Below are positions 10,936 through 23,700 of a DNA stretch of 64,000 bases, piece after piece. The position numbers were made by a program, and so were the translations under genes. Below the pieces are notes generated by a model. The model was not told the origin of the DNA, made no database searches, and worked only from the letters and a program-made list of their open reading frames with translations. Each line of letters begins with the position of its first letter. Within the stretch, counting starts at the first letter, position 1. The DNA comes from Octopus vulgaris (taxonomy: Eukaryota): assembly GCA_951406725.2 (NCBI GenBank), contig OX597819.1, positions 39,990,001 to 40,054,000 of the forward strand. Reading direction: 5' to 3'.

Positions 10936-11023
10936 ACTTCCCTGAAGAGAAGATTAGATTGTTTTACACTATTTATTCCTTTGGAATAATATCAGGGCTA
11001 TCTTCGAAACATGTGTCGGAAGT
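10936..11023 (+). ncRNA. Canonical type I hammerhead ribozyme in a PLE 3' UTR
   Basis: ACTTCC/GGAAGT stem I; CTGAAGA 10942-48; GAAGAT/ATCTTC stem II; GAAA 11006-09; C-ATGT-G minimal stem III (palindromic ACATGT); GUC triplet. Confidence 0.85.
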
Positions 11024-11219
11024 AAAAGTATTTGAATTATACCTGCGTTAAATTCCATTTATTTATTTATATATCATACAAAAAATTCCACGTAAACCCG
11101 AAGTTTCTACCTTTAAAAACAAGAAGTTACAACCTCTTTAGTTGTGTAAATTTTTGCTACCCTGGTAACTATTTATCTATTTTTTCCGTGTTAATTGTTA
11201 ACAAGGGAAAAATACACTC

Positions 11220-11323
<104 letters not shown>

Positions 11324-12449
11324 TGTGTGAGTTAGAGGTTGAGAAACCAATTAAGGGATAGTACCTATCTAATGTACTGCTGGTAGTGTACCCAGTTATT
11401 CATAGTCAAGTGCTAGTTATTGCATGGCAATCTTGCAAATGAGTATTATATATGGACGGGAGTAAAAAGTGATTTACCCATGATTTAAACGGCAAATAAG
11501 AAAACGGAGAGGATATAAAATTGACAGACATCAGCCAGTAAACACTCAAGTATGTCTATTTATTCAGTTGCATGAGTGATATAAATTAATGAGTGAAAAA
11601 AGCTGCTAACTGTATAGACAAGGGTGGGAATACATGTAAGTATATAGAAACAGAGCAAAAATATAAATGTGTGTGCAGGTACTAGTTCTTTACGGCCGTT
11701 TCTGCCAAGAGGCAACAAAATCTTCCAGGTTATCCCCATCACTTCAATGTTATGCAGGGATGAACAGACAAGGCTTGGATAATGGATGTGCCCCTAGGCT
11801 TCTTCAGAGTGTCTAAGTAGTTGTGGGAGCTAACACATATAAAAGTCAGTTAGTTAAGAATAGATAAGATGTGCTAATCCTTTTAAATAGAGTAAGTATA
11901 AGAATAAGAGCAAAAACAAGAATACAAGCGAAATACAGCAGAGTACAATAATGTGGGTATAGCAAGGGGAAACAAGGTACAGACTTCCCATAAAGTACTT
12001 ATAAAATCCATGGTATTTCATCCAGTGGTGGATAGGTGAATAAAGTCACTTTCAGGAGGAATTTCTGCAGGAGGGATAATTTTAGGCAGTAGTTCACATT
12101 GTGTTTTCATAGAACTTTAGTGGTGGGTTTGATGGTAGGGTCCATGTTACAGGGGTGAAAGTTTATATGTAGAATGCCAGTTAGTAGGTGCGGCGTTGCA
12201 GAGGGTATGGCATAAGCAACTTATAATGAACCCATCATGGGAAATTTAGTACATGAGTGTATCAACGAGAGAAAACTAGGTGAGGCTAAAATGTGATGTT
12301 AGTGTTCGTTGCTTTTTAGCCGATCAACTAATCTCGAAACCCTTATATGTAGTGGGGTTGGGTCATGGTCAGTCCTACAACCCAATTGGCCAGCTCTTAT
12401 TTAAAAACAATGGCGTCCTCCTGTTTCGTTGATGGCTATCAATTAAATC

Positions 12450-14150
12450 AAAGGCCAGCAGAACAAGTAAACGAACAAAATAAAACAAATAAAACTAATA
12501 AAACAAGTAAAACAACTGAAGTAACTAAATCCATGGGATAAGAATCAAATAGAACAACGTAAGAAAATAATATAAACATATAAATAAATAAATAAACAAC
12601 GGTAAGTACATACGTACGAATATAAATAACAATAACAGTAATAGCAATACAATCGTAACGACAGTAATGACAATAACAATAATAATACAGGGGTGTTTCG
12701 GACACTGAAATAGAAGGGATATATGCATAGTATACAAGGGTTAAAAAAGTGGCGGGGAGGATGATAGTGATGTGGCCTCTATGGATAATCGAGCAACCCA
12801 CTGTCCTAGATTTCCCAGAAACCCCAAGAGTAAGTGCCTTCTTCAATTCCTTCTCTCCGACTCACAGGTCTACACTTAGAGAGGTACCATCCACTTTTAC
12901 CATTTTCGCAACTTTCACCCATCTTTCAATAAACTCACTCGAGGACAGCACTTCCCTCTCCATTCTCAATTTTCTTTTCAAGTGAAAACTTGAAAGACGT
13001 CAATGAGAGCTCTGCCGAAGAGGGATGTATCTGTCCTTTTGCCTTTCAGCCATGTCCATGAAACAACCTCTTTCGCCACAGCCACCAGGCAAAGGAAAAC
13101 TGCCTTGCCTGCCCGATTGAAATAGGGCGGTGGTGCGATCATCGCTACAGACTTAGTCGACAGACGGCACAAGTCAGGAATGGTCTGACATTGAACAAGT
13201 GCATGCAGAATGGTTTTGTCACTCTGCGCGCACCTCGAACAAGCCCGTCTGACAGCACATCCGAGTTTGTAGAGTTTATCTCTACTGCGTAGCGACTCCC
13301 GGTAGCACTGCCAGGCCAAGGACATCTGCAAATAATCAATGATAGATCCCGACCGGAAATTACTCCGGAAGAGATTAGCCGGTTCCTTCTCGTTGGCGCA
13401 CAGAGTCTCCCCGAGAACGTTGTCGCACTTCCTCTCCATTAATCCTCTACAAATTTCTAAAGTGGAACATCCACCGATCTCATTACCCGACTGATAGAGG
13501 GCTGTGAGCGTCTGACGATAGTCTAGGTGCCAGGTGCCCAGTCTCAGTCTTTTCTTCACCCAGGACTGCAGCACTTTCAAGGAGACGAGCTGCAGAAAGA
13601 CGAGCTTCATAAACGGAACCCACACACGCTCATCGTCCAGAAATCGTTGTTGGTGACGTAAGCTAAGAGCGTATCTCCGCATTAGGAACCACGGTATACC
13701 TAATCCGCCACTCACTGGATGCTAGCAACAGATTGACCGCCTAACCATTAGAACGCTTCCCTTCCACAAGAATTTAAATAAGAGACACTCCAGCCTAGTC
13801 AAGCAGTGAACGAGTCAAGACACGACGATCAGGCGATAAATGATAACGGAGGCAATGTAGGCATTCGCCAACTCTGCCTGACCTTTCAGGACACCTTCCT
13901 CTCAGCCAATTTCTGGGTAAGACTAGCCACCCTGTCGCCACCTTGTCCCAGTTCTTATCAACCTGGAAGTTAGGACCAAACTAGACCCCGCGCAGTTTAA
14001 CTGGTCCGTCGGTCCAGCGTCCGACGGCGCCGACCGATGGCCTCGTCCTGCCAACCGCAAATCCACCGATTTGTCGGCGTTGATTTTAGCTTCTGCAACC
14101 GACTCATATTCCTTTAGGATGGTGCCGACCGTCTCCCAGTTCGAAGACGT
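12450..14150 (-). mobile_element. Tx1/L1-type LINE 3' part (RT C-terminus, CCHC domain, 3' UTR)
   Basis: ORF 12978-13715 with GGLGIP and CSRCAQSDKTILHALVQC; homologous to 27450-28535. Confidence 0.85.
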
Positions 14151-14287
14151 CAGTCCTTTCTACTATGGACACAAGATCTGAAATTTGGTAGAAGACTAGT
14201 CGATTTTATCGATCCCAGTGTTTCGCTGGTACTTAATTCATCGACACCGAAAGGATGAAAGGCAAAGTCGACCTCGACGGTATTTAA

Positions 14288-14362
<75 letters not shown>

Positions 14363-14406
14363 TGATGATGATGATGAGGAGGAGGAGGAGGAGGAGGAGG
14401 AGGAGG

Positions 14407-15160
14407 ACAAAAAATTGACAAAGTAAAATCCCAACAATTGCTGAGAAGTTCAGGACTCAAAGCAGAGACTGAAGAAATATTAATTACAGCAAGAAAGTTT
14501 AAAGCCTCCCCACCAGAAATCATCAAAAGCACATAATGAAAAACAAAATACAGCTGCTGAATGTGAGGTGATGGGGAAGAAACAATAAATCATACTGTCT
14601 CTGGCTGCCCAGTCCTGGCTTAGAAGGATTATATTCACAGATATGACAGAGTTGGGACCTATATACACTGGAAGCTATCCCAACACCATGGAATGACAAC
14701 AGAAAACAGATAGTATAAGCACACACCAGAAAAGGTCTCATAAAATGACAAAGCAACCATACTCTGAGATATACCAATACACACAGATACAGAAATCAAG
14801 GCTAATAGACCGGATATAGTTGTCAGAGATCATCAAGAAAAAATGCCTTCTAATTAATGTATCACTACCAACAGACGACAATGTATCTCTAAAGAAACGG
14901 AGAAACTCTCAAAATACAATAATCTGGAAATAGAGGTGACTCGAATGCGGAGCCTAAAAACAGAAACAATCCAAATAATAATGGGTGCATTAAATGTAAT
15001 TAAAAAACATACAGATAAAAACATAACCAAAACACCAGAACTTACAAATGTATATAACATACAGATAATTGCGCTACTAGGCACGTTACACATCCTACGA
15101 AAAAATAAGAATGTCACAACAAACCACAGGACATACCCAAGGCGCAACCGGAATTAGTAC
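14407..15160 (+). mobile_element. R4/Dong-type LINE 3' fragment (restriction-like endonuclease)
   Basis: NRPDIV and EKLSKYNNLEIEVTRM..IIMGAL motifs; starts directly after an (AAT)n/(GAT)n/(GAG)n tract. Confidence 0.75.
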
Positions 15161-15705
15161 AACCGAAAATAGTACAACCGCAATTGATTCTACTGTTTAC
15201 ATAACTACAGGTCAGCGCGCTTCTGTTTCGTTGCTCAACCTGAGAGAAATCACAGCCAAACATCCCTTAATTTACACTCCAACTTTTTCTTAAAGGAGAA
15301 AAGATACATTTTGTAACGTAATCCTAAGACAGACTATCCCTGTAACAAACAGTCGATGTATATATGACTGGAACGCCTTTGATTATAGACCTGTTTGATA
15401 ATAGGTGACTTGGTATTAAACCACAACAACAAACTTAACTAAAGTTCAACAAATAAATACATACAAATACTTATATAATTAATATTGTTTGATATTTTGC
15501 GGAGTGGCGTAATCAACTCCTCTATTGACAAAGGTTGTTAATTCTTTTAGATAAGCGTAATAAAATTAGCTTTCACTCACGCTTTCAAATTTATAGTCAC
15601 TGTTCTGCAAGTCATTTTGCTTTGTCTAGACTTCATTTCTTTTTTTCCCTAATTTCATATTTTTTTCCACTTCATATTTTGCTATTACTTTTCACAACTA
15701 CAAAA

Positions 15706-15828
<123 letters not shown>

Positions 15829-15846
15829 AATATATATATATATATA

Positions 15847-15954
<108 letters not shown>

Positions 15955-16087
15955 TGTATGTATGTATTGGCACGTTTCAATTATTGCTGCCTATGAAGTA
16001 AAAAGACAAAAAAATTAATATTCGATATCTGCTTAGAAGTGTGAAAAAAAGAACCGAAAGTAAACGTGAAAGAAAATTATTTTCAGA

Positions 16088-16143
<56 letters not shown>

Positions 16144-16269
16144 TGATGATGATGATGATGATGATGATGGTGGTGGTGATGGTGGTGGTGGTGGTGGTGG
16201 TGGTGGTGTTGATGATGATGGTGGTGGTGGTGGTGGTGGTGGTGGTGGTGGTGGTGGTGGTGGTGATGA

Positions 16270-16303
<34 letters not shown>

Positions 16304-16429
16304 GGTGGTGGTGGTGGTGGTGATGATGACGATGATAATGATGATGGTGGTGATGGTGGTGGTTGTGGTGGTGGTGGTGGTGGTGGTGGTGGTGGTGGTA
16401 TTGATGATGATGATGATGATGATGATGAT
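16088..16429. repeat. Compound (AAT)/(GAT)/(GGT) microsatellite
   Basis: Direct observation. Confidence 0.95.
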
Positions 16430-16440
16430 CTGAGGTAATA

Positions 16441-16969
16441 TCAGGCAGTGGCTCTCACGGTTTCTGATCCTAACGGATTGGAAGTGTTAACATGAACATA
16501 TTTTCTCTTGGCGTAAAAGGTGGGCTACAGCAAATATTCTGCTCAATACCACAGATTTGCTTGTCTGTTGCTTAACCTTAAACCAGTTGAGTATGTCCCT
16601 TAGTGGCTGACGCCATGTGAATCTCTGATCACGAGCAGGAGTAGTGAGGAAGCATCACAGCTATGTTCTGCAAGGAATTCTTTGGAGTTTGAATAATTCA
16701 CCTTCGTTCATCATCCTTAAACAACTCTTATTCAGGGATCTTTTGAGCGTGCCTAGTTACTCGACCTGAATAAATTTCTAACTGGGCCCCCACCTGCAAG
16801 GTCATGCACTGTTTATCTTGATATGAGATCACCATGTTGCGCACATATGGTTTTGAAGCATGTGTCTGGTGTATCCTTATCAGACGAACAGTCATGATGG
16901 GTATTATTGGGCTTGGTATATTTGTACCCCAGTGTCCCTTTGATAGCATGCACTGCTCTCTCACTCAAT
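16441..16969. repeat. Interspersed repeat family, ~520 bp (second copy at 28605-29113)
   Basis: Collinear similarity between the two copies, e.g. ttgagtatgtcccttagtggctgacg. Confidence 0.8.
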
Positions 16970-17106
16970 GATGATGATGATGGCGGTGGTGGTGGTAATG
17001 GTAATAATGATGATGATTACGCTGTTTTCTTCTTTATTGGCCCCACGGATCGTACCATACAAATAGAAACGTCACACATGAGGTGGTTACAACAACGTGT
17101 GGGAAT

Positions 17107-17520
17107 ACTCTTTTACTCTTTTACGTGTTTCAGTCATGTGACCGTGGCCATGCTGGAGCACCGCCTTTAGTCGAGCAAATCGATCCCAGGACTTATTCTT
17201 TGTAAGCCTAGTACTTATTCTATCGGTCTCTTTTGCCGAACCGTTAACTTACGGGACGTAAACACACCAGCATCGGTTGTCAAGCGATGTTGGGGGACAA
17301 AACAGGCAAACAAACATATACACACACATACATATACATATATAAATACATATATACAACGGGCTTCTTTCAGTTTCCGTCAACCAAATCCACTCACAAG
17401 GCTTTGGTCGGCCCGAGGCTATAGGAAAAGACATTTACCCAAGGTGCCACGCAGTTGGACTGAACCCGGAACCATGTGGTTGGTAAGCAATCTACTTACC
17501 ACACAGCCACTCCTACGCCT
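17107..17520 (-). mobile_element. tRNA-derived SINE (related copies ~300-435 -, 40668-41040 +, 44700-45136 -)
   Basis: Minus-strand head gtggctgtgtggtaag..gggttcagtcc with A/B-box-like motifs; body shared among copies. Confidence 0.8.
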
Positions 17521-17719
17521 AATAAACAACATAAAGTTATATAAAATACAAAGGGAGGAGTAAACAGGTTTATAAACTGAGTATGTGGAAATTTGGTATG
17601 GCTTATAAGCTCAGAATATATAAAAACACAATAATTCAAACAAGCAAAGTTTTCAATGGCGGATCCTGAAATAGAGGATCTTGAAATAAAGGATCTGAAA
17701 TGGAGGATCCTGAAATGGG

Positions 17720-18330
17720 GGAGGATACTGAGATGTATGTAAATTAGCTTTGCAATCAGAACAGCACATCCTTATAGTTTCTCCATCCCTCTTATTATTT
17801 TTTTCAGAACAGTTCTCACAGGTTTTGAACATTGAACCAATAGATATCACACTTTGCAGAGAATCCTCATGTGTCTGATCGTAGTTAAAGGTTGCTAGTC
17901 TCTACTCTTCACGAGAAAAACCTGACTTGCTCTGATGTTTCCTGTTTTGTGGAGGGAACATTTCTGAATGAGTTACTTTGAAGTTGTGCAGTTAATACCC
18001 ATTCTCTTGAGTGGGCTTTTCTATCAGCTTGAAACTCCAACCTCCATCGTTTCTGCTCTGGTGTCTCATGTTTCCTCAAGCAGATTTGTCTATTGGTTTG
18101 AAACTCCAATCTCTGTCGTTTCTGCACTGGTAACCTTTGTTCTCTCAAACGGGCTTGTCTGATTGTTTCAAATAGGCCTTGCTTCTCATTGCTTTTTGTA
18201 TCTCCACAGCATTTCGTATTCTCTGAGACTCGAGCCTGTCCTGCTTTTCTTCTTGAGTGTCCCTATCCCTTCGACTTCTGGAGCGTCGGGCTTCAGATGA
18301 TTAAAAAGTATTACATTGTCTTCTACATAT
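17720..18330 (-). pseudogene. Helitron Rep/helicase N-terminal remnant
   Basis: ETPEQ..RL repeats (STPR-like, ORF 17909-18148) followed by ISIGSMFKTCENC..GETIRMCCSDCK, the Helitron N-terminal Cys motif. Confidence 0.7.
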
Positions 18331-18493
18331 CATTTTCAATGTTCTAAAGTATAACGTTTAAAAAAATTCAAAAATAAATCTCGTAACATGAATTCCTTTT
18401 TTGTTGTTTCTAAATTCAAATATGTGCTTTATTTCATCCAGCTACCGTGCTTCATAAAAATCAGTCCAGTATAACAATTATACCTTTTATATA

Positions 18494-19353
18494 CGAGGTC
18501 TGATCAATAAGTATCCGGACTGTTACCATAGAAACGAAGTTAAAGCACGCAGAATAAAGCCGCTCGGCACAGACTAGCTTTGAACTTTGCTGTGCATGTG
18601 CACTAGGAATTAATGTTCTAGCTCACTTCTGCTGTTTACAGCAGTGCTTGGAAGGAACGTGTGTAGCGTGTGATCGTCGCATTGATCACGACAGAGAAAG
18701 TTGTCATAACGATACCTGCTCAGAGTCCAACGCAAAGTTGCAGAAAATGTAAGGAGAGGAGTCTATGAGCTGCACACAAGTGTACGAGTGTTTCAGACGT
18801 TTCCAAGATGACCAAAAATAGTCGATATTGACGAACGTTCTGGAGAGACATGCAACCAGTACAACTGAGGAAGACATCACAGATGTGCTGTGAGAAGCCG
18901 ATCCGTGAGTTATCAGAGGATTCGCAGGCCGTTATCATTGTTTGGTTCAGTCTATCATTACTGAAGATTTGGATATGAGACGCGTGTCTGCCAAGTTTGT
19001 GCTAAAAGTGCTTTCAGCTGACCAAAAAGACACTCGGATTTCATTTGCACAATATCTCCTTGATTGTGTCGAGAAAGATGAAAACTTATTGAAAACTTTG
19101 CGTAGGTCTCTGAGCAGGTATCGCCAAGCTTTTTGTAAAATTTGATGCAGATTCTCTGCTCAACTTTGTTATGGTTAATGTGATGATCACACGCTATACA
19201 CGTTCCTATACAGCAGAAGATAGCTAGAACGTTAATACTTTGTACGCATGCACGGCAGAGCTAAGGTCAATCTGTGCCAAGCGGCTTTACTTCGCGTGAA
19301 TTATTAGCTTCGTTACTATGGCAAAAGTCCGGATACTTATTGATCAGACCACG
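18494..19353 (+). mobile_element. Internally deleted mariner-like element
   Basis: TA TSD; 28-bp TIR cgaggtctgatcaataagtatccggact (1 mismatch); transposase fragment MRRVSAKFVLKVLSADQK. Confidence 0.9.
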
Positions 19354-19909
19354 TATATCACCAAACTTCACAAAACGAAAATACTATTGCTTCGAATCTT
19401 AGCGCATGTAACACAAGGAATGTTGGAACAGTTGATCGATTCAAAAGTATCCAGCGAATAAGATGAATTTGTCGCGACTGGAAATTGCGCATGTGTGAGC
19501 CAGTGCGTGTAGGCTTAAAGTATGAAGTCAGCAGTTCAAATAGCTGTAGAAACTGAAACTTTAATTAAACTATTTTTGAAATCATACAATACTTTATTAC
19601 CAATTTTATTCAAGATTTAGTTTTATTAGCGGTCAACAAACAAACTTCCTTTTAAAAGGCCCTAGATATATTATAATGAAAACACTATCCACTAGTAATA
19701 GTCACTCCTTCGATAGATAGCCCCCTAAACTAAAAGTAACAAGAACACACTTATATTATTGTTGATGTTGTTTTTGCTCAATAAACACTCACAATCCCCG
19801 GTCGGGGAATCGAAACCGCGTTCTTACGAACGCGAGTCCGCTGCCCTAACCTCTGGGCCATTGCGCCTCCACCGCTGCTGCTGTTGCTTTTGCTGTGGTT
19901 GTTGTTATT

Positions 19910-20123
19910 AAGGTGGCTAGCTGGCAGAAACGTTAGCACACCAGACAAAATGCTTATCAGCATTTCGTCCGTTATTACGTTCCGAGTTCAAATTCTGCCG
20001 AGGTTAACTTTGCCTTTCATCCTTCAAGGGTCGATGAAATAAATACCAATTGAGCAGTGGAGTCGATGTAATCGACCAGCCCCCTCCCCCACAAAATTTC
20101 AGGCCTTGTACTTACAGCAGAAA
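19910..20123 (+). mobile_element. SINE family (related copies at ~1-80, 14153-14285, 20690-20830, 29124-29290, 29447-29657, 40460-40665, 41860-42044, 42467-42680, 43355-43570, 44240-44406)
   Basis: Shared gagttcaaattc..gcctttcatcc..gtcgat body; the 41860-42044 copy has TSD gcagttagtaagaa. Confidence 0.8.
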
Positions 20124-20131
20124 GTAGTAGC

Positions 20132-20202
<71 letters not shown>

Positions 20203-20948
20203 CAGCAGCAGTAGTAGTAGCAGTAGTAGTAGTAGTAGTAGTAGTAGTGAGAAATACGTAAAGAGGTCCCTTTCTTGGGACAAAAATAATGGGGTACATC
20301 CTAAAGGTGTGATGAGGCCTAACGAAAACATTCAAGGAAACACACTCATTGAGGTATTCCTAGCTAAAAAGAATGTTCAGATCTGAGTTTCCAATATGCT
20401 CAGTATTGAAAAATACGTTTAAGGTTAACAAATGAGCTTAGGGTTAATACAAAGTGTGTTTGAATTCTTAAACGATGTTTGCAGGTCCTAATAATGCTTG
20501 TTTTTTTAACGTGCCTCTTACTCTGTCTATAAATAATTTGTCAGTTGTGCTAATTATTTTAAGTGAGAAGCTAAACCCATCCTTAACTACCAAAATGTTT
20601 TTAGTTCATTAGCTAGGTCATAGTAATATCTTAGCTTTTCAAGTTACTTTCACACAATTTAAAATCTTTTGGTATTTGCTATATCGATAAAGGCAGCAAA
20701 GTAGCCGAGTCGTTTGACTGTATATAAAATACCGTGCAGTATTTGTTCTCTCTACGCTCAGAGTTCAAATTTCACTTCGGTCAATTTTGTCTTTTCTCCT
20801 TTCTAGGTTGGTAAAAGAATACTAATTCATGGTCATGGATTGACAGAATTCTTAGAGAGTCGGTTGAGATATTTTGCGGCATTTTTTTTCTGGTTCTGCG
20901 CATTCTGACAGCAATGACTCTGATTATTTACTTCTTTAATCCTTTCGC

Positions 20949-22328
20949 TTAGGCCATCGATGACTTTTCTCCGTCATTCTCTACACAGGATTGTATTTTC
21001 TCCGCAGGTGTAATCGGTCCTTCACAGCATTTCGCCTCAAGTGCCGAGAGTCGCGGCCCACCAGCGAGGAAGCCCTTTAAAGACTCTCCATGCTCGAGCG
21101 CATCACACTGCCCAAACAACCGGGCGAAATACAGGTGAAAGGCCTTTTGCATCTTTTCCTGTTCATAGATCTTGCGTCCCTGTTCGTCAGTTAAAGACTT
21201 TATAGAGGCTTTTTTGCCCCTCTGACACTCCACACGACGGGCCCATCCGGCAAGGTTAATACCTCCTCGGTCTACTGCACGTAGCTTAGCTCTAACTCTG
21301 CAACCTTCGTGTTTGGCTTTGAGGTGACGGTACAAGACCGTTCTCACCGCCGGCACTCTAGCTGCAGAGCCAGATACCATAGCCTCGTCTATTTTCTTAA
21401 CTAATTCCCTTTCTATTCTAGATCTATCTAAACTTAGCTGATTGCTAAATCTAATAGACCCTAAACGAATGGCTCTCTTAAGGGCGTACCACCATCTATT
21501 ATTAATGATGGCGCCGCATAGTGCCCTCTGTACTAAGTCCTTAATCCAGATACGGAAGGCTTCACAAATCAAAATAGACTTGTTCATCTTCCAGTCCCCG
21601 GGTCCCTGTCTATGACATTTATCTATATGCATCTCACTCGTCACAAATTTGTGAACCGTGTAAGGTACAATACAAAATTGTAGACAGCTAAAAGTATTCC
21701 TATCACTTTCTCTAACGAATACCTTGTCTATATAAGATCTGTTTGAACCGTCGTTATTACTCCTCGTCCACTGTGGAACACTCAGCTCATCCAGTCTGTA
21801 ACGGTCTACTAGATTGTAGCTCTCTTGTAGACCCTTGAGGCCAGGATTTCCCCTCCTATCAGTCGAGCTAATACTATCCACTCGTACATCGAGGATAGTA
21901 TGAAAGTCTCCTAACAGAACTACCGTTTTTTACGTCACTAGAAAGTGCTCTAGGTCTCGATAAAAACCAGACTGCCTACACTCCTTAGGAGCATAGACAG
22001 TTACCAACCTGAAGGGCTGTTTACTCTCGTGGGTCACATCTAGGACGACCAGCCTACCTTCTGGCTCCAGAAAGACTGTACTTACCTGTAAGTCCAAGGT
22101 CTTCCTGAGTAGGACCATCACGCCCCCTCCTCCTCCTCCTCCCCGGCTAGGAGAAATAAATTTCTCATAGCCATTTAGAAGAGGTGAGAACGCTTTTGGT
22201 CCTCCTATCTTGGACTCAGTTGCAATGCATACATCTATATCTCGTGAGCTAAGGTCGTTCAGGTGACTAGCTTGTTTCCATTTCTACCCCAGCCCACGTA
22301 CATTTATACTCCCTAAATTAATCGCCAT
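20949..22328 (-). pseudogene. LINE ORF2: APE endonuclease and linker, disrupted
   Basis: SINVRGL, EGRLVVLDV, VYAP, WTRSN..SYIDKVFV and GPGDWKMN motifs. Confidence 0.85.
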
Positions 22329-23700
22329 AGTGAAAAATGGAAAAAAAGAGTAACTTACAGTTTGAGTTTGGGGAGGGCTGCACAAATTCGCTTGCCTCTC
22401 CATTCTTTTGTTTTGATGGCGTAGCCGCTAGGCTTTTCGTTGGTGTAGCTGCTGGGCTTGTTAACAATTTTTTGTTTGCCATTTCTGAGCTGATGTCTCT
22501 GATATCCTCCGGATACCGTCCCTTCAGCTCCAAAAATAGGCCCGCGTCCATTTTTGCGAATCTAATATTCGGGGACGTATCTCTAGTTATTTTGAAAACT
22601 CGAGCCTTGTGATGCACTCTTATGGCGGTAGACAACGGCTCGTTTTTTTCCACGTAGGAAACAATTCTTGTGTTTTGGGGAGGGGTTTGGTAAAAGGTTT
22701 CACCGTGGAGTTGGTCTGGGGAATTTTGCTTTGTGTGTCTGTTGTGTGTTTAACTGATTTTTTTGTTTGGGGAGGGGAGTCTGGGACTTCTGCTTTTTTC
22801 ATCGCTCTAATCTGTCTTTTCTTCCGCTATTGTTCCCTCTTTCGTTTCTATTGTATTTTGCAGCTTTTCATTTCTTCCTTTTACTTCCTTCGCAGCTTTT
22901 TAGGGAGGGGCCTCGTTGTTTTTCTTTTTCGTGCATTTTGAGCGGACATGGATCTTTTCTCCACATTTGGAGCAACGAAGTCTACGTCCTTCAACGACTA
23001 CTCTCATGGTTAGCTCCTCCCCTACAAACACCCTATCGGGCAAATTTTCTAACGTTTCGTTCGACGCTTTAACGACCATCTCGAGCGTCTGACCTTTCCA
23101 GTTGACGGTTTCTGTTTTTTTTCTCATTTGTAATATCGACACCGATTCCTTTACGTCGTATATGATCGCCGCTGCTAACGACATAGCCTCATAACCAGCC
23201 GGGACCTCATCTACTGTAATTTTCGCCGTTCTGCGACCTAAGTATGTGGGTAACAGAATTATTTCCTCGTTTCTTAAGGTTTTCGTGGAGACCTTCGCTA
23301 CGTTAGCTGTTTCAAACTGCGCTTCCACCGTTGCGCTTCTCATTCCACGGCTAACGTAGGTTACTTGGTTCCATATAGGGGCCAAACACCTTTCAACGAC
23401 GTCATTCTTGGTGTTCATAATTCTTTTTGCTTTAAGATTGTAAATTTTATACACAACCGTTCGCGCATTTATTGCTTGCACTGTCTCTAGAGGAGGCAGT
23501 AGTTTTGTGTCGCTACCACTTTTCCTGATTAAGTAATGAAACTTAAATAGTTGCTCCATTTCCGCTACATTGCCGCCTACAGCGGCAAAAAAACTTGGTC
23601 TTTCCTTTTCTTGTGTTTTCATTTCACCTACATTTTCACTGGTATTACCTTTTCCCATCACGGGAAAATCTTTTTTTGGTGTAATATTAAATTCTATCAT
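22318..23700 (-). pseudogene. LINE ORF1 (RRM-like region + CCHC knuckle), frameshifted
   Basis: ORFs 22900-23700 (CSKCGEKIHVRSKC), 22620-22802 and 22318-22653. Confidence 0.85.

Noticed and set aside
17657-17730. ~15-bp tandem repeat ggatcctgaaatgga as a CRISPR-like array
   Set aside because: No unique spacers; a short minisatellite in eukaryotic DNA.
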